Positions 1 to 8,244 of a DNA stretch of 64,000 bases are shown in pieces. Source of the stretch: a virus (Duplodnaviria > Caudoviricetes); IMG/VR virus record IMGVR_UViG_3300013105_000022, positions 64,001 through 128,000 of that record, one strand, 5' to 3'. Both the position numbers and the translations under genes were made by a program. The notes below the pieces were generated by a model. The model saw only the letters and a program-made list of their open reading frames with translations. It was not told where the DNA came from and searched no databases. Each line of letters opens with the position of its first letter. The first letter of the stretch is position 1.

Positions 1-441
1 AAAACCAATAAGAAGAATCTGGGACATCTCACCGCTCGGGTGCGGAGCCATCAGTGGAGCCTTGAAGCTGAAGTCCACGTCGTATTCGTAGGGCAAGACA
101 AGCTCATTCAGGTCCGGCTCGATAGTACGAACGGCATCCTGGCAGTCCTTGATAATGCTATCGCGGTCCTTGTCGTCCTTCCAGCGGAGTTGCTTGCCTC
201 TCTCCTCAAGCGCATCCTGCTCACGCTGAACGACAGACTCAACCATGTCCACCATGAGTCCAGGGTTGCTGTACGGGTCGTCAGCGAGCCAATCACGCAC
301 AACTCGGTCGGTGACGGTGCCAGGGAAGAACACGCGCTGGTTCTCCATCTTGGCCTTCTTGCCGGTACGCTGAAGGTAGCCCTTCTGCTTGCACTCCATG
401 TGCGTGCGTAGGCCACTCCAGCTAATCTTGATGTCAGTCAT
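1..441 (-). CDS. RecB/Cas4-like PD-(D/E)XK exonuclease, runs off the left edge
   Basis: Not in the ORF track. Open from ATG 441: MTDIKISWSGLRTHMECKQKGYL...FFPGTVTD, resembling the S-x-S..C N-terminus of RecB-like phage nucleases. Overlaps the WhiB stop. Confidence 0.65.
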   Translation of the reverse strand, partial: MTDIKISWSGLRTHMECKQKGYLQRTGKKAKMENQRVFFPGTVTDRVVRDWLADDPYSNPGLMVDMVESVVQREQDALEERGKQLRWKDDKDRDSIIKDCQDAVRTIEPDLNELVLPYEYDVDFSFKAPLMAPHPSGEMSQILLIGF

Positions 442-835
442 TCGTCCGCAATTCTTGCACTTGGTGATCCTTGACATACACTACCTGCGCCACCTTACGT
501 ACCTTGGCACGTAGGTTGAACTCCTTCTGAATCTTGCGAGCATCGTCCCTAGAGACATAACCACGCTCGAAGCGATATCCTGCCCGGATACCTTCAGCTT
601 CGTTGTCGGACAGGGCGTCACGTAGGCATAGCTCGCGCACGGGGCAGGCAAAGCAGATGTTCTTGGCGACTAGGGCCTGTGGGTCGGGAACGTAGTCGTC
701 CTCTTCCCAGGTGCCTGCGTCGATGTTGTCCCAGGCTGTAGCTAGGGACGGTTCGGCGGTGACCGCATCTCTACATGCCGCCTTCTCTCGGAAGTCATCC
801 GAGAAGTCAGTCTTCGTAGGGGTACGATGGCTCAC
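434..835 (-). CDS. whiB: WhiB family transcription factor
   Basis: AACRD...AKNICFACPVRELCL...EGIRAG: four Cys plus a G(I/V)xAG turn. Confidence 0.9.
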   Translation of the reverse strand: MSHRTPTKTDFSDDFREKAACRDAVTAEPSLATAWDNIDAGTWEEDDYVPDPQALVAKNICFACPVRELCLRDALSDNEAEGIRAGYRFERGYVSRDDARKIQKEFNLRAKVRKVAQVVYVKDHQVQELRTND

Positions 836-1881
836 GGGGCTACCTCTTCCAGAAGTTCAATGCTCACAGCTTTTACAGGCTCTTCAATATCCATACGCCT
901 GACATGCTCGATGATCGAACCGGTGGAAGAGATGTCCAGTGTTGCTGACCCTACTTCATCTAGGAAGCTGTCCAAATCCATCTTGACTTCCTTCTTCTCC
1001 TGTGCCTCGACCAGCTTGAATACCTCACTGGCGGGCTTGTGGGGGATGTCTACGGGCACGAAACCGTACTCGGGTGTCCATAGAGCTACCTGAATCTTTC
1101 GGGCCAGGTTGTACTCGTGGAGCGATCCACGCGAGATGGCACCCATGTTGGCGTACTCGACGCCATCGACCTCGAACTTGTAGTGCGGCTCGTGGATGTG
1201 ACCGTAGTACAGGTATCCTGTGTTGCCCATTGCTTCACTGACCTCTGGGAGAGGCAGAAGCTCGAACATCACGTTGTCAGCGACGGTCGGCGGGTAGATG
1301 GGCGCGTGAGTGACAGCAAGAGGCTTCAATCCGGAGTAATCTTCTACTCCCTCAAATACTCGATCACGGTAGGATGCGAAAGCCTCCTCAATGGTGCCTG
1401 GAGAGAGCCAACGCTGTTGCCAGGGAATTCCACAGATAGGTAGAGTCGGATGCCACCCAAAAAGCTCCTGAAGTACACCGGCCTCATAGAGAACACCCAA
1501 GGGTTGCTTCTCCAGGGAGTCTAGGCGGTCACTGGTGATGTCATGGTTGCCCGTAACCACCAGAGGCGGTCGCTGGTACTGCTGAGCCACTTTCATGAGC
1601 TTCAGGACCGTGCTGTGGCTTGTACGTGAAGGCTGTTTGTGGTGGAACACGTCTCCGGCCCACGTCACAGCGTCAGCGTTCAGAGCCTTCTCTAGCTTGG
1701 CTACGAAGCTCAGCATGTCGAGGATGTCATCCGTGTACGTGTCGTAGCACGAGGACGGCGGACGGTCGCTTAGGTGGATGTCTCCCACGCAGATGATGCG
1801 TACGGAGGAGTTGGCGATGATGTCCTTCAGTTCCTGAACCGTAGCTCCGGGGTGCTGAGGGACGTTAGTGCTTCCAGACAA
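832..1881 (-). CDS. SbcD/Mre11-like metallophosphoesterase nuclease
   Basis: GDIH, GDVF, GNHD and GHIH motifs. Start moved to TTG 1881 behind AGGAG. Confidence 0.85.
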   Translation of the reverse strand: MSGSTNVPQHPGATVQELKDIIANSSVRIICVGDIHLSDRPPSSCYDTYTDDILDMLSFVAKLEKALNADAVTWAGDVFHHKQPSRTSHSTVLKLMKVAQQYQRPPLVVTGNHDITSDRLDSLEKQPLGVLYEAGVLQELFGWHPTLPICGIPWQQRWLSPGTIEEAFASYRDRVFEGVEDYSGLKPLAVTHAPIYPPTVADNVMFELLPLPEVSEAMGNTGYLYYGHIHEPHYKFEVDGVEYANMGAISRGSLHEYNLARKIQVALWTPEYGFVPVDIPHKPASEVFKLVEAQEKKEVKMDLDSFLDEVGSATLDISSTGSIIEHVRRMDIEEPVKAVSIELLEEVAP

Positions 1882-1885
1882 GGAA

Positions 1886-2251
1886 TTACTCCTGGGTAGG
1901 GATCGGCAAAGTGATCGTGCCGGTGTGAGTCGAGTGGTGGCCGTGTGCGCCACGGGTACGGTACTGACGTACCTCAGAAATCAGATCAAGAAGATGAGCC
2001 TCGGCTACCTTCCAGTCTCGCTCTTCCGTAGAATTGGAGAGCTTAGGAGAAGCCTGAGCTTCCTTCATGGTCTGTCCCCACGTCTCCAGCATGAGGATAA
2101 TCTCATCTGCGACGGCTGTTTGGACATTGCCCATAATGTAGTCAAGAAGAGAGCCACCGTAGCTCGCCAGGACGTGGTTGGGGAACCTCTGGGAGAATTT
2201 CTCCTCAAAGTTTCCGATGGCGTCCTCGAACGCTGGGTCTCTATTTGTCAA
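1886..2251 (-). CDS. hypothetical protein
   Basis: Fits the operon; GAGGT RBS before TTG. Confidence 0.7.
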   Translation of the reverse strand: MTNRDPAFEDAIGNFEEKFSQRFPNHVLASYGGSLLDYIMGNVQTAVADEIILMLETWGQTMKEAQASPKLSNSTEERDWKVAEAHLLDLISEVRQYRTRGAHGHHSTHTGTITLPIPTQE

Positions 2252-2273
2252 TTTGTACCTCAGTACCTATGAT

Positions 2274-2310
2274 ACTCCCAAGGGTGGCATATCTTACCAC
2301 CCTTGGGAGT
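2274..2310. terminator. 14-bp perfect intergenic hairpin (terminator or regulatory)
   Basis: ACTCCCAAGGGTGG / CCACCCTTGGGAGT; the minus-strand loop reads TGGTAAGAT (extended -10-like). Confidence 0.6.
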
Positions 2311-2315
2311 TGTTA

Positions 2316-2819
2316 TTACGGGGAAACCTCGTAGAGGTTCGTGGTCACAGAACCCTTTGGAACGTGGAACTCGTACCAAGTGGCAGTCTGAACGTTCCAC
2401 GGAACCCAGAAGTCGGCGTACCAGTCCCAAGTCTGCTTGAGAAGGTAAGGCTGGTCCTGCTCATCCTCGTAGATGTCGGCCCGGTCACTACCGACACGAT
2501 CCGCGTGAAACCCTCCGTCTTCGTACTCAACGATGTAGGAGAGAGTAGAGCGATCTGACACGTACCCGGAGACTACGAAGATGCCTCCATGCGTCACGCC
2601 CTGAATTCCTTCCTTCGATGCGACAGCGGCGAGGTTGAACTTCTCCTCAGCGACCATGACACCGCGCTCAGCGTTGAAGAGTCCGATGCCGCACACGACC
2701 ACCAAGGCGATGACTCCGACGATGCCCGTTCCCACAGCCGTGAATTCCGGGTCCTCACTGAAGATGATCGTCAGAACGAAAGCTACGATGACAAGAACGA
2801 GAACGATCCAGAAGATCAT
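2316..2819 (-). CDS. membrane protein with two N-terminal TM helices
   Basis: Two hydrophobic stretches; 4-bp overlap with the upstream gene. Confidence 0.75.
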   Translation of the reverse strand: MIFWIVLVLVIVAFVLTIIFSEDPEFTAVGTGIVGVIALVVVCGIGLFNAERGVMVAEEKFNLAAVASKEGIQGVTHGGIFVVSGYVSDRSTLSYIVEYEDGGFHADRVGSDRADIYEDEQDQPYLLKQTWDWYADFWVPWNVQTATWYEFHVPKGSVTTNLYEVSP

Positions 2820-3367
2820 GCATTCACCACCGAGGGAAGTTCGGCATCGAACATCGCCTCAGCCAGCTTCTTGGAGCGAGCCTTGAACTTCTTCGAGACA
2901 TCGAAGCCATTGACATTGCGCTTGACAGTGAAGGAGCGCTCACGACCCGGAGCACCAAGTTCGTCGCAGAGCTTGTCGTACTCGACGCAGTGACGTGCCT
3001 TGGTGGCTACCCGAGCGGCATCCTCCCAAATCCAGGCGATGCGAGGGTCATCGATGTCGATGCCACCCTCAGGGGTCTCACCGATCTGACGCGGGCGAGG
3101 AGCGTTCGGGTCCAGAATCTCGAAGATGGACTCGACGGCATCGGAGTTCTTAGGGTCCAGGTACACTGGAACGGTGACGGTCTGGGGGTATCCGTAGATC
3201 GTGGCCTCACCGCGAACCCACACGGAAGCGGTTCCGACCTTGCGGATTTCTACTTCTGTGTCTGCGGGAATGGTTGCGGCAGTGCCGTAGCTACCGATGT
3301 AGCGTCCTCGCTGATCGATACGCAACTTCAGCCGAGTACCTACTTCGAGTTCAGATGTGGTGGTCAT
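2816..3367 (-). CDS. hypothetical protein
   Basis: AGGAG RBS and ATGA overlap. Confidence 0.75.
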   Translation of the reverse strand: MTTTSELEVGTRLKLRIDQRGRYIGSYGTAATIPADTEVEIRKVGTASVWVRGEATIYGYPQTVTVPVYLDPKNSDAVESIFEILDPNAPRPRQIGETPEGGIDIDDPRIAWIWEDAARVATKARHCVEYDKLCDELGAPGRERSFTVKRNVNGFDVSKKFKARSKKLAEAMFDAELPSVVNA

Positions 3368-3588
3368 GCTTGCTCCTTTGGTGTGACAATGATGAAGTCG
3401 CTACCGACGTTCACTACGTATCCTTCCAGATCGTAGTCACCCTTGTCAAGGCTCTGGAGCAAGTTTCTTTCGAGAACTTCAGCATCCCGACGATACTTCT
3501 CCGCAAGATCACGCGCGACCGCGAGACTGTGGATGCCCTTGGTGGCCACGTGCCGGTGCTTGAGTGAGGGAAAATCTGCGAGTGTCAT
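3364..3588 (-). CDS. hypothetical protein (leaderless)
   Basis: ATG 15 nt from the GCGTATA motif. Confidence 0.7.
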   Translation of the reverse strand: MTLADFPSLKHRHVATKGIHSLAVARDLAEKYRRDAEVLERNLLQSLDKGDYDLEGYVVNVGSDFIIVTPKEQA

Positions 3589-3593
3589 GATCT

Positions 3594-3623
3594 AGTTATA
3601 CGCTTACGTGCGCTTCATGTCAA
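3594..3623 (-). promoter_or_regulatory. GCGTATA-class promoter, TTGACA-N17-TATAAC
   Basis: Minus strand: TTGACAtgaagcgcacgtaaGCGTATAACTagatcATG. Confidence 0.8.
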
Positions 3624-3644
3624 ATCGTGTGCTACACTGGGTAC

Positions 3645-3690
3645 TGTCCCCAGAGCAATTGGTCCCCGCCTTAGCTCTGGGGACATTTTT
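3645..3690 (+). ncRNA. candidate ~45-nt hairpin small RNA, or a terminator
   Basis: TGcTACACT extended -10 at 3630-3638; 12-bp perfect stem 3645-3656/3674-3685; 17-nt loop; T5 tail. Confidence 0.5.
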
Positions 3691-3736
3691 GTGCCGGTTG
3701 GGGCCGTGACCTCGAATCGGGGTGTATGATCGATCT

Positions 3737-3995
3737 TGCCGTAAGGCGGGGGCTGTCGTAAACCGACTCCAATCACTCCATAGTTGATGCCTCTCGAAAA
3801 ATGAAGTTGAGCTAGTAACCCTCCTTCATCCGAGTTGAGACTGTGATGGTGCCTCCCTAACTCCTGAAGAGTTGGATGACAATGGTGTCTCCTGCTCAAC
3901 GCTTCGTGCGTGGGGGGTAGGGGGGCATTATCCAATATCCAGTCTCAACATCGAAAATGAAGAATAAGCTAGTACTTCTAGCGTGCGCGAGGCAC
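3737..3995 (+). ncRNA. candidate long rod-like structured RNA
   Basis: TATGAT at 3725-3730; nested stems 3788-93/3989-94, 3811-15/3978-82, 3824-29/3957-62, 3834-43/3940-49, 3845-59/3918-32, several with G-U pairs. Confidence 0.6.
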
Positions 3996-4011
3996 GGGTG
4001 TGTCCGCGTGC

Positions 4012-4041
4012 TTGTCCACTCCACGCCTCAGGCGTATACAT
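4012..4041 (+). promoter_or_regulatory. GCGTATA-class promoter
   Basis: TTGTCC-N17-TATACA; GCGTATA at 4032, ATG at 4047. Confidence 0.75.
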
Positions 4042-4046
4042 GGACT

Positions 4047-4277
4047 ATGAGCGACAACGAACTTGACCACAACAACAAGGTCTACCCGTCTATTGAGGGT
4101 CTTGTCCACCAGATCGTGGATGCCCTTGAGACGAGCAGTGACTTCGTATGGTACTCCTTCAAACGTCCTATCTTTGGGCCAGGAGAGAACGAGGTTCTTC
4201 TCGAAGCCATCTCGTATGACGAGGACGGCGAGGAAGAGAAGTTCTACCACGTGAAGATCAACGTGGAGGCTATCTGA
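4047..4277 (+). CDS. hypothetical acidic protein (leaderless start)
   Basis: Start moved from 3957 to ATG 4047 on promoter spacing. Confidence 0.7.
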   Translation: MSDNELDHNNKVYPSIEGLVHQIVDALETSSDFVWYSFKRPIFGPGENEVLLEAISYDEDGEEEKFYHVKINVEAI

Positions 4278-4666
4278 TGACGAATCTAGACTACGATTAT
4301 GTAGAAAACTACCCGGACTACCTTCAGTGGGTGCCGGTGGACATCACCGAAGACATCTTCAAGGTGACTCTGGAGAAGAACCTCCAGCTTCCCATCTTCG
4401 AGGCAGAGGACGGTGAAGGTCTCTACGGATATGGTGCTATCGAGCCAGAGCTTTTTTTGATGTACGCAAACCTCTACGACTACCAGACCACAGGCGAGCT
4501 TATGCCTTACGGTGGGGTATCCGCTGTGAAGACAGGATGGTTCCGTACCGTCCGTCGTGAGGACATGCTGGAAGACCCAGAGTTCCGCTTCGTGCCCTTG
4601 GAAGTCAATCTGGGGGACACTACTCCTGAGACCGGCAAGATCATGATGACTTGGATCGACAGATGA
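4277..4666 (+). CDS. hypothetical protein
   Basis: GGAGG RBS and TGATG coupling. Confidence 0.75.
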   Translation: MTNLDYDYVENYPDYLQWVPVDITEDIFKVTLEKNLQLPIFEAEDGEGLYGYGAIEPELFLMYANLYDYQTTGELMPYGGVSAVKTGWFRTVRREDMLEDPEFRFVPLEVNLGDTTPETGKIMMTWIDR

Positions 4667-4794
4667 ACCTCGAAGGCCTCTACAGTTTCGCGCTTTACGT
4701 CTTCCTCTTCGCAGGCTTCCTGAGGTATGGCATGTGGAGGACATCTAAGGGTTCCTACCCTGGGTACGAGGGCATCATGGGGTACCATGATTGA
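4663..4794 (+). CDS. 43-aa small membrane peptide
   Basis: MNLEGLYSFALYVFLFAGFLRYG...; fills the gap with overlaps at both ends. Confidence 0.5.
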   Translation: MNLEGLYSFALYVFLFAGFLRYGMWRTSKGSYPGYEGIMGYHD

Positions 4795-5437
4795 TCTGAC
4801 GACCCTGGAGAGGCGTGTCGCTACCAAGACCCGAGAGCTTCAAGAGCTTGAGGTCGAGGCACGTATGACCCTCACACGAGCCAAGGAAGTCAAGGAGCAG
4901 ATTGACTCCCTCCAGAAGGAGATTACCCACCTGGACAAGGCAGGACTGGTCCTGAACTCCATCGGTGAGGAACGTCAACTGAAGGCACAGGACACCATCG
5001 AGCAGTTGGTCACCCGTGGACTCCAGCAAATCTTCGATGACTCCCTCAGCTTCCACATCATCCAGTCCGTCAAGGCGAAGGCCGCGAACGTCGATTTCGT
5101 CGTCCGTACCACTTTCGCTGATGGCGGTATCGTGGACACGCCGGTGATGGACGCTCGTGGTGGAGGTCTGGCCGCTACCATCGGATTCCTTCTTCGAGTG
5201 GTCATCCTTCTGCTGAAGAACGGCAAGGACAAGGACAATATCTTGATCCTGGATGAGACGTTCGCTCACGTGTCCGACGAGTACCTGGAGGGCGTGGGAG
5301 AGTTCCTACGTGAGCTTGTAGACAAGACCGGAATCCAGATCGTGATGGTGACTCACCAGCCCGTGTTCGGAGAGTACGCAGATGCCGTGTATCGCTTCAC
5401 AGCGGTGAATGGCAAGACGAAGGTAGAGACACTATGA
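4787..5437 (+). CDS. SbcC/Rad50-like ATPase, C-terminal half
   Basis: Coiled coil, RGGG signature, LILDETFAHVS Walker B/D-loop, VTHQ H-loop; no Walker A. Confidence 0.85.
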   Translation: MIDLTTLERRVATKTRELQELEVEARMTLTRAKEVKEQIDSLQKEITHLDKAGLVLNSIGEERQLKAQDTIEQLVTRGLQQIFDDSLSFHIIQSVKAKAANVDFVVRTTFADGGIVDTPVMDARGGGLAATIGFLLRVVILLLKNGKDKDNILILDETFAHVSDEYLEGVGEFLRELVDKTGIQIVMVTHQPVFGEYADAVYRFTAVNGKTKVETL

Positions 5438-5598
5438 AGTTCACAAAGAGAACCTACAAGAGGGCCAGGGATCGCATGATCCGCGAGCTTTCAGAGTACG
5501 GACCCGTCGAGGTCTACAACGGAGTGTTCCGCAAGAAGTTTGACTTCGGCGTAAGACTTGTCAACCGCGCACGCCGCGAGAAGGGTCTGTGGAACTGA
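5434..5598 (+). CDS. 54-aa basic protein
   Basis: MKFTKRTYKRARDRMIRELSEY...; coupled to both neighbours. Confidence 0.6.
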   Translation: MKFTKRTYKRARDRMIRELSEYGPVEVYNGVFRKKFDFGVRLVNRARREKGLWN

Positions 5599-5912
5599 TG
5601 GACTTCGATGATGACGATGTAACCACCATGCCTTTTGTGCTCACTCAGAAGCACGGCGGGGAGTACGACGACGAGGCATTCGGAGCAGGCTGGCATCTAG
5701 GCATCCTAGACGCAAGGCTGACGCTATCCGATATGGCCGGGTTGATTGTTCCGCCTCTCATCCTCCGAGACAAGTGGAAGCAGCAGGCAGACCTCATCGC
5801 AATGTCTCGTGGCATGATCGTGAAGGTCACTCCTCTGGAAGAACAGCCTGGATACTCGGTGTACATGTTCGCACCGGCAGACGCTTTCGAGTCTGACGAC
5901 GAAGACCTCTGA
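5598..5912 (+). CDS. hypothetical protein
   Basis: TGATG coupling. Confidence 0.7.
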   Translation: MDFDDDDVTTMPFVLTQKHGGEYDDEAFGAGWHLGILDARLTLSDMAGLIVPPLILRDKWKQQADLIAMSRGMIVKVTPLEEQPGYSVYMFAPADAFESDDEDL

Positions 5913-5913
5913 G

Positions 5914-5923
5914 GCGTATACAT
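5914..5923 (+). promoter_or_regulatory. GCGTATA-class promoter
   Basis: GCGTATACATagaacATG(5929). Confidence 0.75.
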
Positions 5924-5928
5924 AGAAC

Positions 5929-6159
5929 ATGAGCACTACTACCCAAGTAACCCAGAACACTCCCCGCAAAGTGATCGAGCGAGCGCTACATCTGGGGGCG
6001 CACCTAATTTGCGTAGAGTCCGACCAGCGTGGAGCTTGCGCTGAATGCTCGATCATCATGCACGAGGTCTTCGACCACTTCTACGGTCATGCGATGAGCG
6101 CTGAAGCGGCACTAGACCTGATCCTAATTGACATCCTGAACGACCGAGAGAGTGAATAG
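5929..6159 (+). CDS. hypothetical protein with possible Zn ligands (H-x2-C...C-x2-C)
   Basis: Leaderless ORF behind the promoter motif. Confidence 0.65.
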   Translation: MSTTTQVTQNTPRKVIERALHLGAHLICVESDQRGACAECSIIMHEVFDHFYGHAMSAEAALDLILIDILNDRESE

Positions 6160-6165
6160 AAGAAA

Positions 6166-7251
6166 ATGACTGAAGTCCTAGCCCTCAAGTACCGTCCACA
6201 GACGTTTGCTGAGGTCATCGGACAGCGCATCACTGCCGTCGTCCTGGACAGGATGGTGACCGCTGGTAGCGTACCTTCAGGTCTTCTCTTCACCGGCCCA
6301 AGGGGAAGCGGTAAGACTAGTACGGCTCGAATCCTGGCCAACGCCCTGGATGCAGGAGACCCTATCGAGGTTGATGCCGCTTCCCACGGTCTCGTAGCTG
6401 ACGTACGGGCCATGATCGACTCCCTTCGCTACTCTAGCGGTGGCACCTACCGTGTGGTGATCTACGACGAAGCTCACAGCATGTCCAAGGAGGCCTTCAA
6501 TGCCCTCCTGAAGACCCTGGAGGATGGTCTAGAGGCGACAATCTTCATCCTGGTCACCACGGAGCCTGAAAAGATTCCGGAGAACGTGAAGAGCCGCCTG
6601 ATGGAATTCACCTTCCGCAAGATCAGCCCGAAGGAAATCTTCGACAGGCTGACGTACATCCAGAGCGTCGAAGGCATCCTTGCTGACATCGAGCTTCTGA
6701 ACTACATCTCACACCGAGCCGATGGCTCAGCCCGCGATGCGATCATGATGCTGGATCAGTGTTGGAGGGCGGGCATCTCCGACAAGGAGACCTTCTTGGA
6801 GATGTCGGGAGAGGTAGAGGTTGCCCCAGACCTTGTTCTCGCTCTCCTGTCTGGGGACCACTCCTACGTCTTCAAGGTCACCGACGAACTCTCCGAGCGT
6901 GTGCCAGACCCTTCTAGGCTCGCAGGCATGCTGACGACAGTTCTCAAGGATGTGCTGATCCTGAAGTCCGGTGGCGGATCGACCCATAAGGAAGAGACCA
7001 CGGCCAAGCTGAAGACCATCGCACTGCACCTGGAGTCTGAGCGCATCGTCGCCGGTATGAAGATGCTGTGGGACCTTCGAACACGTGTGCGTGCATCGAG
7101 TGATCCACGTGGTAACCTTGATCTAGCTCTTGTCCTCATCACGGACATCTTCACTCAGGGTCGCCAGCTTGTCCCGCCTGTAACAAAGCAGGCCTCAGTT
7201 GTGGCACTTGCACCTGAAGAAGGGCGTAAACTTACTCTGGCAGAACTCTAG
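6166..7251 (+). CDS. dnaX: DNA polymerase III gamma/tau-like clamp loader ATPase
   Basis: KYRPQTFAEVIGQ, GPRGSGKTS, DEAH, AFNALLKTLE, SR finger. Confidence 0.95.
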   Translation: MTEVLALKYRPQTFAEVIGQRITAVVLDRMVTAGSVPSGLLFTGPRGSGKTSTARILANALDAGDPIEVDAASHGLVADVRAMIDSLRYSSGGTYRVVIYDEAHSMSKEAFNALLKTLEDGLEATIFILVTTEPEKIPENVKSRLMEFTFRKISPKEIFDRLTYIQSVEGILADIELLNYISHRADGSARDAIMMLDQCWRAGISDKETFLEMSGEVEVAPDLVLALLSGDHSYVFKVTDELSERVPDPSRLAGMLTTVLKDVLILKSGGGSTHKEETTAKLKTIALHLESERIVAGMKMLWDLRTRVRASSDPRGNLDLALVLITDIFTQGRQLVPPVTKQASVVALAPEEGRKLTLAEL

Positions 7252-7260
7252 GAGAGACAG

Positions 7261-8244
7261 ATGGCTAAGAAGATTCTCGTGACCGGAGGCTCAGGCTTCA
7301 TCGGTGGTCACATCATTACCGAGCTACTAGCTAACGGATACAAGGTGATGGTGTTCGACCACTCCCTACCCGGACAGGTGATGGACCCTCTAGGCCCTCG
7401 CGCTGTGGAGTACTTCCACGGGGACATTCGAGACGCCACGGCAGTAACGGAAGCGGCGGCACACGTGGATGGCATCATTCACCTAGCCGCCGTTCTCGGT
7501 ACCCAGGAGACGATCACGAATCCGCGTCCAGCCGCCGAGACGAACATCATCGGTGGTCTGAACGTCTTCGAGGCCGCGACCCAGTACAAGATTCCTGTCG
7601 TGTATGCCGGTGTGGGCAACCACTGGATGCGTACAGAGGGTGGCGGCACGTACACGATCACCAAGACGGCAGTCGAAGACTTCGCCAAAATGTACATCAA
7701 GAATCGCGGCGCAAAGATCAACGTCGTGCGACCGGTGAACGCCTATGGCCCCGGACAGAGTGTAGCCTATCCGTTCGGCTCCTCCAAGGTCCGCAAGATC
7801 ATGCCGAGCTTCGTCATGCGCGCCATCACTGGAATGGAGATTGAGGTTTACGGCGGCGGTACACAGATCAGTGACTGCGTACACGTGCGCGACGTAGCCA
7901 AGGTCTTTGTAGCCGCACTGAAGTACACCGATGAGCATGGCGCTCTGTGGAACCCCCGAGAGCCATCTTACAATTCTGACTCTTTCGAGGTAGGTCCTCC
8001 GAATGATAAGTACACCGTCAAGGACATTGCAGAACTGGTCATCAAGGTGGCCGAGTCTGAGTCTAAGATTGTCGATCTGAAGATGCGTCCAGGTGAAGTC
8101 GAAGGTGCTGTCGTCAAGGCAAATCTCAAAACCTTGAAGCATCTCAAGGAGTACGGAATCGACCCCGACGAGTTTATCAAGCTGGAGGACGGTATTCGAG
8201 AAACAGTCGAATACTACCGCGAGTGGGATAGACTACAGTCATGA
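7261..8244 (+). CDS. NAD-dependent nucleotide-sugar epimerase/dehydratase
   Basis: TGGSGFIG, HLAA, YTITK (YxxxK), NAYGPG. Confidence 0.95.
   Translation: MAKKILVTGGSGFIGGHIITELLANGYKVMVFDHSLPGQVMDPLGPRAVEYFHGDIRDATAVTEAAAHVDGIIHLAAVLGTQETITNPRPAAETNIIGGLNVFEAATQYKIPVVYAGVGNHWMRTEGGGTYTITKTAVEDFAKMYIKNRGAKINVVRPVNAYGPGQSVAYPFGSSKVRKIMPSFVMRAITGMEIEVYGGGTQISDCVHVRDVAKVFVAALKYTDEHGALWNPREPSYNSDSFEVGPPNDKYTVKDIAELVIKVAESESKIVDLKMRPGEVEGAVVKANLKTLKHLKEYGIDPDEFIKLEDGIRETVEYYREWDRLQS

Noticed and set aside
108-416. ORF-track calls 108..416(-) and 40..411(+)
   Set aside because: Shadows of the real minus-strand frame, which starts at 441 and runs off the window
3615-3935. 106-aa minus-strand ORF across the intergenic region
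   Set aside because: No convincing RBS, atypical composition, and it overlaps promoters and + strand RNA structure
3748-4024. tmRNA or tRNA-like gene (GGGGCTG...CGAC 5' end; CTCCAC near 4019)
   Set aside because: The acceptor stem breaks after 4 bp; there is no T-loop GTTCRA and no CCA
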